Shown here: positions 50,580 through 62,599 of the stretch, in pieces
Layout of the letters: every line of letters begins with the position of its first letter
Numbering within the stretch: the stretch's first letter is position 1
Assembly (NCBI GenBank): GCA_051313645.2
Contig: JBNRSN020000010.1
Location: 9,486,001-9,550,000, forward strand
From: Centroscyllium fabricii
Lineage: Eukaryota
Reading direction: 5' to 3'
DNA length: 64,000 nt
Notes under the pieces: model-generated
Told to the model about the DNA's origin: nothing
The model's input: only the letters and a program-made list of their open reading frames with translations
Database searches by the model: none
Position numbers and translations under genes: made by a program

Positions 50580-51407
50580 GGGCCAGAATTTCCTGTGGCC
50601 CAGAGGAGCTGCACACGCACGGAGGGGGTCCAAAATGCCCCGTGCGATTAACGCACGGGCGATGCCCAAGGATCCGAGATTTCGGATGCCAGGGAGAAGG
50701 GCCCTCAGCATCAAACGCAAGAGTGAGCTGCACCCAGAAGTTGCAATCCAAAAGGGTGATTTTTGGAGAGTGATTCTGTGTGCAACTGGCCCACAAGCTG
50801 CACCCGGGAAAAGCAGTAGTAAACTCGTGCCTGAGGGAAAAGATTTAGTTACTAAAGCAGGTAAGTTAATTTTTTTACTTTAATTTTAATTTTTTACAGT
50901 TTTTGGGAGTAATGTGACCAGATCGGTAGCGTTAAATTTTTAAGTTTAATTTTTTTTTTTTTTAATTACAAATCTGTTTTTCAGTTAATTTACCTGTTTG
51001 AAATCGCTAATTTTTAAAGTTAAATTTCTGAAATTTTTAACTATCTAGCTATTAAAAATTCTAAGAGGAAAATATGGCAGACTTACCTTGCGTTTCTTCC
51101 GCTGAGAAGCTGCGCTGCCCGCGCTGCTCCCCGCCGAGTCTGTGAGTGCAGCTCTGCACGTCACTGCTCTCACAAAGGTCCGACTCGGGATCTGTGCGCA
51201 TTTTTAAATTTAAACTAGGGATCTGGGGGCGTTTTTTATTTAAATTTGGGATCTGTGGGCGGGGCATACACTGCGCACCTAGCATGGCTGGACTGCCACG
51301 CAGCGCAGGAACGGGGAGGAAAGTCAGGGAGCAACGTCTGTGCGATGTTGGTGCGTGCGATAGGTGTCCGCAGGGTCCTAGCGCACGCACAGACGAAATT
51401 CTGGCCC
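50580..51407. mobile_element. Harbinger-like MITE, same body as 1-351
   Basis: Perfect 13-bp TIR GGGCCAGAATTTC (50580-50592 and 51395-51407); flanks AAC/AAA. Confidence 0.88.
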
Positions 51408-52398
51408 AAAATTCGCACCATCCAATCCTTCCACGACAGGCCTTCCTACAATAAGACACATGTTGGAAACTAGTGGAAGACTCACATAACGCTGATTGAC
51501 TGCTTTCTGCCACTCTTATCAATCTGATTAAGGACTGCGTTCTGGCCGCTGGGTTACATTCCACATAAAGCCAAGTGGAATGGCTTCATTCTCTTCACTT
51601 TCTTCTGAAAGAGGAAACAACCCAACAACAACTCTAAGGAAGGGCGTACTCAGTACCACAAGAAACGTGCTGGACTGCCTCAGTCAATCGGGTCATCAGC
51701 GCCTGGTGCTGAATGCACACTGAGGAGTGGGGAGAGGCTGTGGTGAAAAGGATTACAATTGTAGGATGCGGGAGGCGCACTGGGGGATCGTCGACAGGGG
51801 AACGCACTCAGAATGTTTTCCTTTAATTTATAGTATAATGAGATAAGGGCAAATATTTTGGGCAAGTTGACATCCCCGACATGAGAAACGCAATCCAGAA
51901 AGGATACAGAACCCACTGGAAAAAAGTCAACAAAAATTTAAAAGCTTTATAACAGAAATTAGTCTTTACATCTATCAGGAAAAAATGATAAGTCTGGGTT
52001 TTTTTCTCTGGAAAAGAGAAGGCTGATTGGTTCCCTGACAGAAATCTTTAAAACTATGAGGATATTTGAAAGGGTACAGGTAGACAGAATTATTCCACTT
52101 AAACTGCGGACCACGTAGGATATACACTCATATATTCAACAGGGAATTCAGGAGATGCGTCTTTACTCAGAGACTTCTGAGCTTGTGGAACCCTTAATTT
52201 AAGGTACAGTCAACATGATTTTATGGAAGTGCAATCGTGTTTGCCAAATGTATTCGTGCTTTTTGTTGATGTAACCAGCAGGGTAGATTAAGGGGAATGA
52301 GGGGAATTAGTATATCTACATTTCCAAAAAGCATTCGGTAACGTGTCTTATAAAAGGTTATTAAAAAAGATTAGAGCTCATGGGTTTGGAAATAATAT

Positions 52399-52686
52399 TG
52401 TAACAGAGCCACTAGGGGGAGACACTATGATCTCCCCAAACCTTTAGAATCCACATTGCAGAGTTGCTCCCGGCCCTGTTTCCCCATTGGTTAGTTGGAC
52501 CAACAAACCCGGTCCCTGCTTGGTCCTGCGGGCTGTCGCTCATTAGCCCCATGATGCTTGCATGTTTGTGCCTTTTGTAAAACAGTCGTTTCTGGTTTGA
52601 AGCCAATACAGACCTGTTTACGTTTGCTCCGCGTCCTTTGGCAGTTATTATCGATTTTGAAGAGTAGGGCACTCCCACTTTCTACA
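52399..52686 (+). repeat. 5' LTR
   Basis: tgtaacagagccactagggggagaca...tttctaca; homologous to 56678-56917. Confidence 0.88.
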
Positions 52687-55600
52687 ATTGGTGAACCTGA
52701 ATGTCAGACCCAGAAGGTGCTGACCAGAACGCGAGCCCCATGGCTGGTCAACACGAAAGGGGTCGACAATCAGCCTTTTGGGAGCACCATGCAGCCTCTT
52801 GGTTTCTGCAAACAGAATCGCTGTTCCAGCTCAAGTGCCTCGATAGCGATAATGACCTCTACCTGCGTGTCGTTTCGGCTCTGCCTAGCCACATTGCCAT
52901 GGGCATCGTGGTCCTGCTGCAAGACCTGCCACAAACTAACAGGTACACTGCCATTAAGAGCCAACTGCTCCAGGCTCAGGATCTACCAGAATATGTAAGG
53001 GCCTGGCAGCTCCTCGAATTATCGGACATAGGCAACTCCTCGCCTGCGCGACTGGTAGATCTCAGGCTAGCCCTCCCCGGGGACCACAGAGACAGCCCTT
53101 TGTTTCGGGCGCTATTCATCAGTTTCCTACCAAAGCCTGTGCAATCGGCTTTAGCAAACGTTAAAAGCGGTACCTATGCCAATTTAGCCACTGATGTAGA
53201 ACGCGTTTGACTTTGTGCACCCACTAACTGTGCATCCTCAAGTTCGCCGCCCCTACGCATTAGCAACACCTAAACCCCAGCCGTTACTCTGTTATTACCA
53301 TGCATGTTTCGGCCCGAATGCTCATCGCTGCCGACCACCTAGCACCTAGCACCTAGTTCATTCGACGGCATAGAGGTTGTGCCCAATACCCACGCTAAGA
53401 ACCTACAATGCCGCCCGTGCCCAGCCGCTGCTAATGCAATTGGCACAGCGGGAAAGCTGCTGTCTGTCAGGGAATCATTTTCCAGATGAAAGTTCATCTG
53501 CGACACCGAGGCTCAATGCAGCATTCTAAGAGATGCGCAGCTCGATCAACAAGTAGGCCGCGTGGCCCACCCCTCGTTGAGGTGAATGGCGAATCCATAG
53601 CCACTTTCAGAAAATGGCTGGTGGAGATTCGCCTGGGTGGCCACCAGTTTACCTGGGATTTTGTTGCGGCCAATGGGGAACATCCATTTCTAGGCACGGA
53701 TTTCCTATGTGCCCATGGCCTGCTCATGGACGTCCGGTGCAGACACCTCATGGACGGGTCTACCTTTACCTCCCTGCACTGCCAGTGGAGCGACAGCCTA
53801 CCCCTCGTGGGCTACTGCTCTCCTCCACTTCGTGACAAATATGCACGCCTACTGGCCGAGTTCCCGACCATTACACAGACGACATTTTCTGAGGTGGCGG
53901 TTAAACATGGTGTTCCACATCACAACGCCACGACTGACCCACCAATTTTCGCGCGATTCAGATGCCTCGACCCCACAAAAATGGTGGTCGTCAATCAGGA
54001 ATTCTGGCCATGGAGAAGTTGGGGATCATTCGTCCTTTGAACATCCTGTGGTCGTCACCGCTTCACATCGTCCCCAAGCCCTGTGGTGGCGGGTGAACAT
54101 TCGGCGAATATAGGCACCTCAATGAGGCTCTCATGCCGGACAGAAATCTGTTGCCACATATTGAAGACATTTCCTCACGTTTGACGGGTAAATCATATTT
54201 TTCAAAATCGACCTCATCCGAGGATATCACCAGGTCCCTGTCCATCAGCACCACGTCCAACACATAGCAATGATGACACCTTTGGGACCCTTCTAATTCC
54301 TCTGTCTGCCCTTCGGATTAAAGATTGCGGCACAGTTTTTTTCAACGATTGACGGTCTCTGTCCTTCGGGACGAGGACTTTTTATTTCTATATCACAATG
54401 ACATTTTATTTGCAAGCGCGGATGAGTCACAACGGGTTGTGCATTTGTGTTTTCTTTTTCCGAGATTGGCCCCTCATGGCCTAAATGTAAACCCAGGTAA
54501 ATGCCAATTCGGGCTTGCCATTATTGATTATTTAGTGCATCACATCTCCCCAGCGGGAACCATCCCTTTACCCTCTAAAGGCGAAGTGGTCACAGATTTT
54601 CCCAAGCCCAGCACGGTTGAGGCACTCCAGTAATTTCTGGAGATGGTAAAAAATTATCACAGGTTCATTCCCAACACCGCCTCTATTATGCGCCCCTGTA
54701 GCAGAACATTTAGGAGCAAGACCGGCAAGGATAGTCTTCAGTGGTCGGCCAAAATGGCTAAGGTGTTTCGCCTCGCTAAGTCAGCTCTGGCCGAAGTGAC
54801 CCTGTTGAACCAATCTATCACCCCACCATGCTGTCACTCACTACGGACGCCTCAGATCATGCCATTGATGCCGTTCAGCAAATACGGGTTGAATGTGCCT
54901 GGCAGCCACTCGCAATTTTTAGCTGGCTTCAGCGGGAAAGTGAGCTCTAGTATAATATGTTCGACCAGGAACTGGTAGCTCTTTTTCTTGCAGTGCGGCA
55001 CTTTCCTTTTCTCTTAGAGGTATGTCCATTCACTGCTTACGTGGACCATAAGCTTCTAATTTTTGCCATGTCGAATGTCACAGAACCCTGATCAGGTAAT
55101 CAACAGCGCCACCTGAATTTCATTTCAGAATTTACTACGGACTTTCGTCACATGTCCAGAAAGGAAAATGTTGTTGCTGACTGCCTCACCCCAACTGCCA
55201 TCCACGTGGTCCACGCTGGTGTCGATTACGCAGAGATGGCGCACGCCCAGTAGGCAGACGCCGAGATGCAGGCTCTTCGTTCTGCATCCACCAGCCTGAA
55301 ACTAGCGGATGTTCATTTACAGATAGCCGGCACGACCCACTTGTGTGAATTTCCGTTTCCACCACTAGGCCCTTAGTGCCCACCTCCTGGCTCAGGCAAA
55401 TTTTTGATTTGGTCCATGGGCTCTCAAACCCGAGCATGCGAGCTTCTTAAATGCACATGTCTTGAAAATTTGCCTCGCCAGCCTTTCACAAAGATGTGCG
55501 GGACTGGACCAACAACTGCCAGGACTACCAATGTGCTAAGGTCCATCGGTGCACCAATGCGGACCTGCAAACATTTCCGATGCCCGAGCGGCGGTTTGAT

Positions 55601-56677
55601 ATGTTCATTCTGATTTTGTTGGCCCCTTGCCCCCATCACAGGGATTCACCCACCTGCTTTCAATCTTGGACCGCACTGCCAGGTGGCCGAATGTTGTAAC
55701 CCTTGCTTCCACCACTTCGGCTGATGTGGCAAGCGCCTTTATTTTTTCATGATGCCCAGGTTTGGGATTCCATCAGACAAAGCTTCTGACAGGGGCCCAC
55801 ATTTTAACTACCAGCTGTGGATCGCAATCCCCACTGGCCTGGGGATGCAGTTGTAACGCACAACTGTTTATCATCTACAGGCAAATAATATTTGTGAGCG
55901 GTTCCACCACGCCTTGAATGCCTCCCTTCATGCCATACTGGTGGACGACAACTGGTTGGACAGCCTCCCTTGGGTCCTTCTGTGATTACGTTTCACGCCC
56001 AAGGAAGCAATCGACATGTCTTCCACTGAACTCATGTTTGGAAAATCTTTGCGAATTCCAGGTGAGTTCCACCACTTCGTCAGTGAGAATTTGTCAGCCT
56101 GCGAGTACCTCGCTATGCACAACGACGCTGTGCATGGTTTCCTTCCTGTGCCCACCTATCGGCATGGGGCCTGGTCGTCCCACATACCCACCGACCACCA
56201 CCGGGCACAATTTTGTTTTTGTACGTCGTGACACCCAGAGAACCCCGTAAGAGGCGCCTTATACCGGCCCTTTCAGGGTGCTGGAGGAGGTGACAAGTCT
56301 TTCCACCTCGAGGTTGGTGGCCGGCAAGACCGCGTTTTCATCGACCGGCTTAAAGCAGCTAATTTGAATGCTGTCTCGACTGAACAGTTTCCCAGGGCCC
56401 GGCACCAGATAATTTATCTGTCCCGAGCATGCCCCCATGGGGTCCTGTGCGACTTAAACCTTCTGGTATAGCTTCACCTCTTACTCTGCCTCTCCATTGC
56501 TCTCCAGTCTCGCCTCCTACTCCTGCGGCACAGCAATCCTTCAACATGTTTCATGGCTCACCGCTAGCGCCCCCTGCACTGGCGGCCTATCGCACTCATA
56601 GCGGCCACCTCGTCATGCCTCCTCGGATGTTGACGTATCATGTTCTTGAGGATACTGGGGGGGCGTGGGGGGGCGTA

Positions 56678-56917
56678 TGTAGCCGAGCCACTAGGGGGAG
56701 ACATTCCGATCTCCCGAAAAGTTAGAATCCACATTTCAGACTTGGTGCCGCCCCTGTTTCCCCATTGGTTATTTGGATAAACAGTTCCAGTCCCTGGTTA
56801 GTCATGCGGGCTGACCGTCAAAAGCTCCATGATGCTTTGCGCTTTTGCTCCTTTTGTAATACTGCCCTTTCGACGTTATTATCAATTTCGATGTGATGGA
56901 GACTGCCTTTCCCTACA
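56678..56917 (+). repeat. 3' LTR
   Basis: tgtagccgagccactagggggagaca...ccctaca; diverged and about 48 bp shorter than the 5' LTR. Confidence 0.88.
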
Positions 56918-59900
56918 ATACAATAGCATGGATAAATGATTAGTTAATGGACAGAAAGCAAAGAGTAGGGCTAAACGGTTCTTTTGCAGGTTGGCAGGCT
57001 GTAAGTAGTGGCATGCCGCAAGGATCAGTGTTGAGGCCTCAGCTAACTATAATCTAAATTACTGGCGTAGGTGAAAAGAAAGCGTGTATAATGTATCCAG
57101 GTTTTGCTGATGATACAAAGCTAGGTGTGACAGAAAGCTGCGAGTAGAGCACAACAAGTCTGACATTGATATAAATCGATTAAATGAGTTTGCAGTAAGG
57201 TAACAAATGCAGCACAATGTAGGAAATGAGAGGTTATTCATTTTGGTAGGAAGAAGAGCAAAACAGAATATGTTTTAGCTGCTGAGGAACTTGCAATTGT
57301 TCGTGTTGAAAATGATTTGGGTGTCCTCGTGCAATAAATACACAAAGCTAGCTTGGAGCTGCAGCAAGCTACGAGGAAGGCAGACGACATGTTTCCCTAT
57401 ATTGCATGGAAGTTTGATATATAAGAGCAAGGAGGTCTGCAGACAATTCTACAGGACTCAGTGAGACAACATCTGTACAACTGTGCACAGATTTGGTCTC
57501 CTTATCTAAGGAAGGATATGCTTGCCTTCAGGTGGTGCAACGAATGCTCAGTAGATTGATTCCTGGCATGACAGGGCTTTAATATGTCAAGATGTTGTAT
57601 AGAATGGACTTTTAATGTCTGGCGTTTGGAATATTGAGAGGTGATCTCATTGAAAAATACAAAATACAAAAGGTGATTGGGAAGCTAGATGCTGTGAGAT
57701 TTCTGTCCCCTGTCTGGCGTGTGTAGAACTAGAGTTCTGAAACTCAGTATAAGGGGTCGGCCATTTAAGACAGAGATTAGGAGGAATCATCACTGTGAGA
57801 GATGAGAATCAGTGACATTTTCTGCCCCAGAGTGCTGTGAATGCTGAGTCTTTGAATATATTCAAGGCTGAATTAGATAGATTTTTGGGCTGTAGGGGAA
57901 TCAAGGGATGTCGAGTTCTGGCGGGAAGGTGGAGTTGATGTCGATGATCAGCCATGATCTTTTTGGATGACGGAGCAGTTTTTAGAGGTCGTATGGCGTA
58001 TTCCTGCTCTGACCATTTGTATCCTTATGTCACCACATGGAATAAGTGAGATAAATATTGTTGATGGGGTTAAGTGCAAGTTTGATAATTACAAGAGAGA
58101 AAATGTAGAAAAAAGGATATGCTGACAGCTTTACATGAAGTAGGGTGGGATGTGGCTGGATACGAACAAATAGCATCGGCCTGGATCAGTGGGAAAGAAT
58201 GACCTGTTTCTTTGCACCTGATTCTATGTAGTTGTTTGGAGAAAGAGAATCGGGTTGTTTAACAACGCCAGCTCGAAAGTTGTGAAGGAGTGTGATAGCT
58301 AGTTCGGGTTATATTTCAAATGTCTCTGGTCTTAATACTGTTCCGCTAGTCTGTCTGACGAGTGGTCACATATATCTGTGAGCGGGCACTGGTTTCTCCT
58401 GGGCGGATTTTTCGAGAAGCGGGTCTCCAGCTCTCTGCTTGCCTGCTGCTGCTCCTCATTTCCCGCTTCCTGATTTACATAGATACGGGTATCCCACCGC
58501 ACCAGTGGTGATGGAGTAACCCTTCACAATTTAAGATTTGCACAATTCTGCACATCCCCCAAACCAAGAAGATTTCGCTAAAGGAGCGATAGATGGATTG
58601 TTTAAAAACCTTGTCAGAATGGTCTAAGTATATTGGGCAGGATTTTTGATTATTTTAAAAGCATCTTTAAGCGTGTGGATGGGGAAAACGGCTTCATTCA
58701 AAGAACATGGTACTGACCTCAGTAAACGGTTAGTTTTGGGTATTGGCATTAATCCAAGCAGTACGGCGGCTATCTGGACTCTCAGTGACATTGTACATAA
58801 TGATAATAGGCCAAAGGAAGAGCAGTACCCGCCAAAATTACAGAACCATCCAAAGTATACATAATGCAGAACATTCTCCCAACGAACAAAAATTAAACTG
58901 GCGCTCACAGGATATGACACATTTTACTGCAATTAAACAAGAGCTTAAATTATCACTTGATAGCACTTGAGAATCGATGGGACCATCCCGAATCCATTTC
59001 ACACAATCTTGAAACAACTAAGATCGATGGGTCCATCGTGAAACATGTAAAAACAACTTTAAAAAATGTCAATATTAACGAGCCCGCCAAAAGTGACCAT
59101 AAGCCAGAACTGTTTTCGTGGGCAGATTAGCAGGCATGAAACAGTATAATTGAGGGTTTGCATTTACAACAGGTTTCGAGAAAGTTTGGTTCTTCGTTCA
59201 TTTGAAATCAAGTCATCAATTTCAGCACAGTGCAAGACGAAGCATCTCGAAGCAATTCTCACTCTCGAGCTGAAGGAAGCCAACATCAGACACCTCGCGG
59301 CAACCAACAATCAAATATATTACCAGCAACTGTCTAATTTTGGGCCATCGTGACCAACAAGAAACGAACTTGGAAGAAACGGAAAATCAGCAATATTTTC
59401 CACTCCACAAATTATCCTAACTTACCCCATTGTAAGATTTTAATGAAAAAGACCCTTCATCCTTTTTCTGACCAACATAAATGGGGTACTCGACTGCGAG
59501 ATCCAATATGCATCCGATCACATCAGCGTACAAGGGGAGACTGATGAGCAACGCAGGTGAAGTCCTCTTCCATGTCCGAGGTACTGCAGTCCGCAATCGC
59601 CACACCTGAAGCACCACGAAATCGTGAACCTCTACAAATCTCCAATGGAGTTGTTTGGTGAGCATTATCCCGTGTCATCTGGAGCCCAACTAAGTTAGTT
59701 AAGTGGATTTGGTAGGTTGAATGTTTTGTCTCTTGTTATTTCCCTCGTATACAAGGAAGTTTTCCCCAATTTAGAGTGATACGAATACTGTGTTGTGTAT
59801 TTTATTTTTCAAATAAAAATCAAAAGTTATTTCACCAACTCAGTTGTCTGCTGCAATCTTTGTACATTCCCCAAATAGTGCAAGGTCTATTACCCAGGGA

Positions 59901-60239
59901 TTGGAAGCGAATCGAACCTCTCAGCAGTCACTGGCAAAGCTGACCCCGCACACCGCCCCCTTACAGCAAGCTGGAGTTAGTAAAACGAATACAAACATGG
60001 ACTCTTCAGAAATAAATTTTCTCGAAGTACACAATGCTAATAAAGTGGTTGCACTCGGAATCGCTCCTGAAAACCGCCACCACAAGCAGCATCTCTTTGT
60101 TGGGGGGTTTAGAGACGAATAACGGACGGTTTGGGGGACATATAAGTAGTATTAACTCCCATTGTCATCCAGCAGGCAAAGCAGTTGCTGGACGTTTTGG
60201 TGAATCAGAAAATATGCACTAAGCATTTGCACCGCATGT

Positions 60240-60500
60240 TCTAAACGGGTCACCTCTTGTGTAAGTGTCGTGTATCACCACTATATTACGATCGCCGTCG
60301 CACCTGGTGGAAGGGCAGTGGTTGCACAAATGCTTAAGAATTCTGTCACCTCTGGGGTAAATGTAGTTGTGTGAGTAATACAGGATTTGCACGGCCTATC
60401 TCATGTATGTGTCAAAGCGACGAATACAGGAGTTGTACGGTGAACTCTAGTGTAAGTGTAGAAGCATCACCAGTACCGGGGGAGTACGGTCACCTTTAAT
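60240..60500 (+). repeat. Very degenerate outlying units of the terminal satellite
   Basis: acggtgaactctagtgtaagtgtag and ggagtacggtcacc resemble the units at 62600-64000. Confidence 0.5.
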
Positions 60501-61030
60501 GTTTGGAGACCGATGGAGTCGTTGGCTACGGAACGGGGTTTGTGGTGGTGACTGAAGACAATGTATTCGAAATCCCAACAATTATTTGGAGGAGGATTCT
60601 GCTCAGAAAGTGCTGGATGTCAGACAAGCATTGCAACAATTTCGAGAAAGTGGAGGTGGGGGGAGATGTTGTGGTGAGTTACAGCTGGGTGCCCTGAGCA
60701 TACATGCGCCCCTTTCGAAATCACATAATCAGTTTCCACATTTAAACCTGTCTCGACCACTCCACCTTTCCTAAATTGCCAGGCTGCTTGTCCGATAACC
60801 ATTACTGGATGAGCAGACATTTTCTCCAGAAACTATACGGAAGAGCAAAGTCATTTTATTTTGTCTTCAGCGTACACACCTTTCCCTTGCACCGAAATCA
60901 ATCCCTCACTATGGTAAATATCTGAGGCTGATCCAGAATATTTCTAACCCTGGTATCATACAATACCCCGAATGAGCTTTCGAACACAAATACACACCAT
61001 CACTAAGGCCGTCTATTTCCAACTCTAAAG

Positions 61031-61370
61031 CAGGGGTCCCCAATTACCGGGCTGCGGACCGGTACCGGGCCGTGGATCATTTGGTACCAGGCCACACAGA
61101 AAGAATAAAAACGTTTTAATTTTTATTTTATTTCCATTTTATTGACCCTCGCAGTCTGCAGAGGGTTTTATTTTGAAATATGACCACTTCTGTCTGTGCC
61201 CCTTTTCCGCACTTCTCTCAGTCCCAGTTTTTTTCCATGCACCGATAAATTCAGCCCTCTTCCCCCACGGTCCGTGGAAAAATTGTCCTGCTTGAAACTG
61301 GTCCATGGTCGGTGGAAACATTGTCCTGCATTAAACTGGTCCATGGTGCAAAAAAGTTTGGGGACCGCTG
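61031..61370. mobile_element. hAT (Charlie-like) MITE 1
   Basis: TIRs CAGGGGTCCCCAA / TTGGGGACCGCTG; 8-bp flanks CTCTAAAG and CTCTAAAC. Confidence 0.85.
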
Positions 61371-61378
61371 CTCTAAAC

Positions 61379-61941
61379 CAGCGGACTTCAACCGCCGGTC
61401 CCCGGCCCGGTACCTGGCCGCGGGACAGATTTACCGGTCCGCGGAGGTTCTGATGATCCGCGCATGCGCCGAAGCTATGACCTTTTCGCGGAACGTTGGT
61501 TAATGATCGGCGCATGCGCCGACTCACAGACCCAGCCGCGGCACGCTGGCAAGTGAGTGACTGCCAGAGGCTGCTTCTGTGAATCGGCGCATGCGCAGAC
61601 TCACAGACGCCGCCGCGGCACGTTGACAATTGATGGACTGGCCGCGGCATCATCTGTGAATCGGCAGCCGCCCCCCCCCCCCGCTGAGATGAATAATCGT
61701 CGTTTCCCCCCCCCCCGCTGAGGATCCACGCATGCGCCGAAGCTTCGACCTTTTCGCGGAACATCGGTTAATGATCGGCGCATGCGCCGACTCGCAGTCC
61801 CAGCCGCGGCACGCTGGCAAGTGAGTGACTGCCAGCGGCTGCTTCTGTGAATCGGCGCATGCACAGACCCCCCCTACCGGTCCGCGAAGAAATTGTCAAG
61901 GCCAAAACGGGCCGCGAACGCACAAAGGTTGGGGACCACTG
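61379..61941. mobile_element. hAT (Charlie-like) MITE 2 with internal repeats
   Basis: Ends CAGCGGACTTCAACC / GGTTGGGGACCACTG; exact 8-bp TSD CTCTAAAC (61371-61378 and 61942-61949); internal duplication of about 61455-61600 at about 61724-61865. Confidence 0.85.
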
Positions 61942-62069
61942 CTCTAAACCATCAATGCCTAATCCCCTCTCTCAGATGAACTCCGGTTGAACCCGTATCC
62001 AATCCCTTGTTACCTCTACACTTGTCCAATCCAGCGGACTCTGCCTTTCTCCCACGTTCTACTTTTCGT

Positions 62070-62583
62070 TAGCTTCAGGTCGTCCAAAATGCTGCTGCCC
62101 GTGCACTAATTGGCTCTAAGCCGCGTTCACACCATATCCAGTGCTCGCTGACCAAAAGTGGCTCCTGGTTAAGAAACGCCTCAATTTTTAAAATGTCATC
62201 CTTGTTATAAATCGCTATATGGCCTAGCATCTCGCTGTCTCTGTAGTCTGTACAAGCATCGCAACCGCAATACATATCTGCGCTTATTCAAATGCAGCTT
62301 CTTGACCTTCGCTGGTTTTAAACGCTCAAACATTGTCGCCCTTGCATTACAGCTGCCAGAGCAGGAAGCGCTGGAAATCACTCACTGAACCACGCAGCCT
62401 TTCTACTTTTGTTTTCTCCTTTAAGTCGCTAATGAAATCCTGCCTCATTGATCAATATTTTGATTGCCAGAAGTAATACTTCCCTTTGCGAATTGATGTC
62501 AATAATTGTTGTATAACGCTCATGTGAATCGCGTAGTGTTTTACTGCATTAAAAGCAGTATAAAAATCAACTTGCTATTGTTA
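62070..62583 (+). mobile_element. L2-like LINE 3' end
   Basis: LQVVQNAAARAL..(HI.P)VLAD..WLLVKKRLNFK motif and 3' end cattaaaagcagtataaaaatcaacttgctattgtt. Confidence 0.75.
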
Positions 62584-62599
62584 TGTGTGAGCTTACCAC

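Larger units (their letters stand above)
52399..56917 (+). mobile_element. Full-structure decayed Ty3/Gypsy LTR retrotransposon
   Basis: Two TG..CA LTRs, PBS-like ATTGGTGAACC, G-rich PPT, flanks ATAT/ATAC. gag (AFWEHHAASWFLQTESLF), protease (ICDTEA; FLGTDFL), RT (YHNDIL) plus RNase H and integrase remnants. Confidence 0.92.
51960..58030 (+). mobile_element. Decayed CR1 fragments interrupted by a Gypsy element
   Basis: YLHFQKAFGNVS..KIRAHG before 52399 continues with AWIND..QRVG, SGMPQGSVL and FADD after 56917; 3' UTR gatcagccatgatc at about 57947. Confidence 0.8.

Noticed and set aside
58240-60240. Possible RTE/L2 remnant or host exons
   Set aside because: Only faint similarity near 59150-59630; no motif or splice pattern I can support.
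61168-61864. GC-rich 198-aa ORF / CpG-island-like promoter
   Set aside because: Lies within hAT MITEs and reflects their internal repeats.
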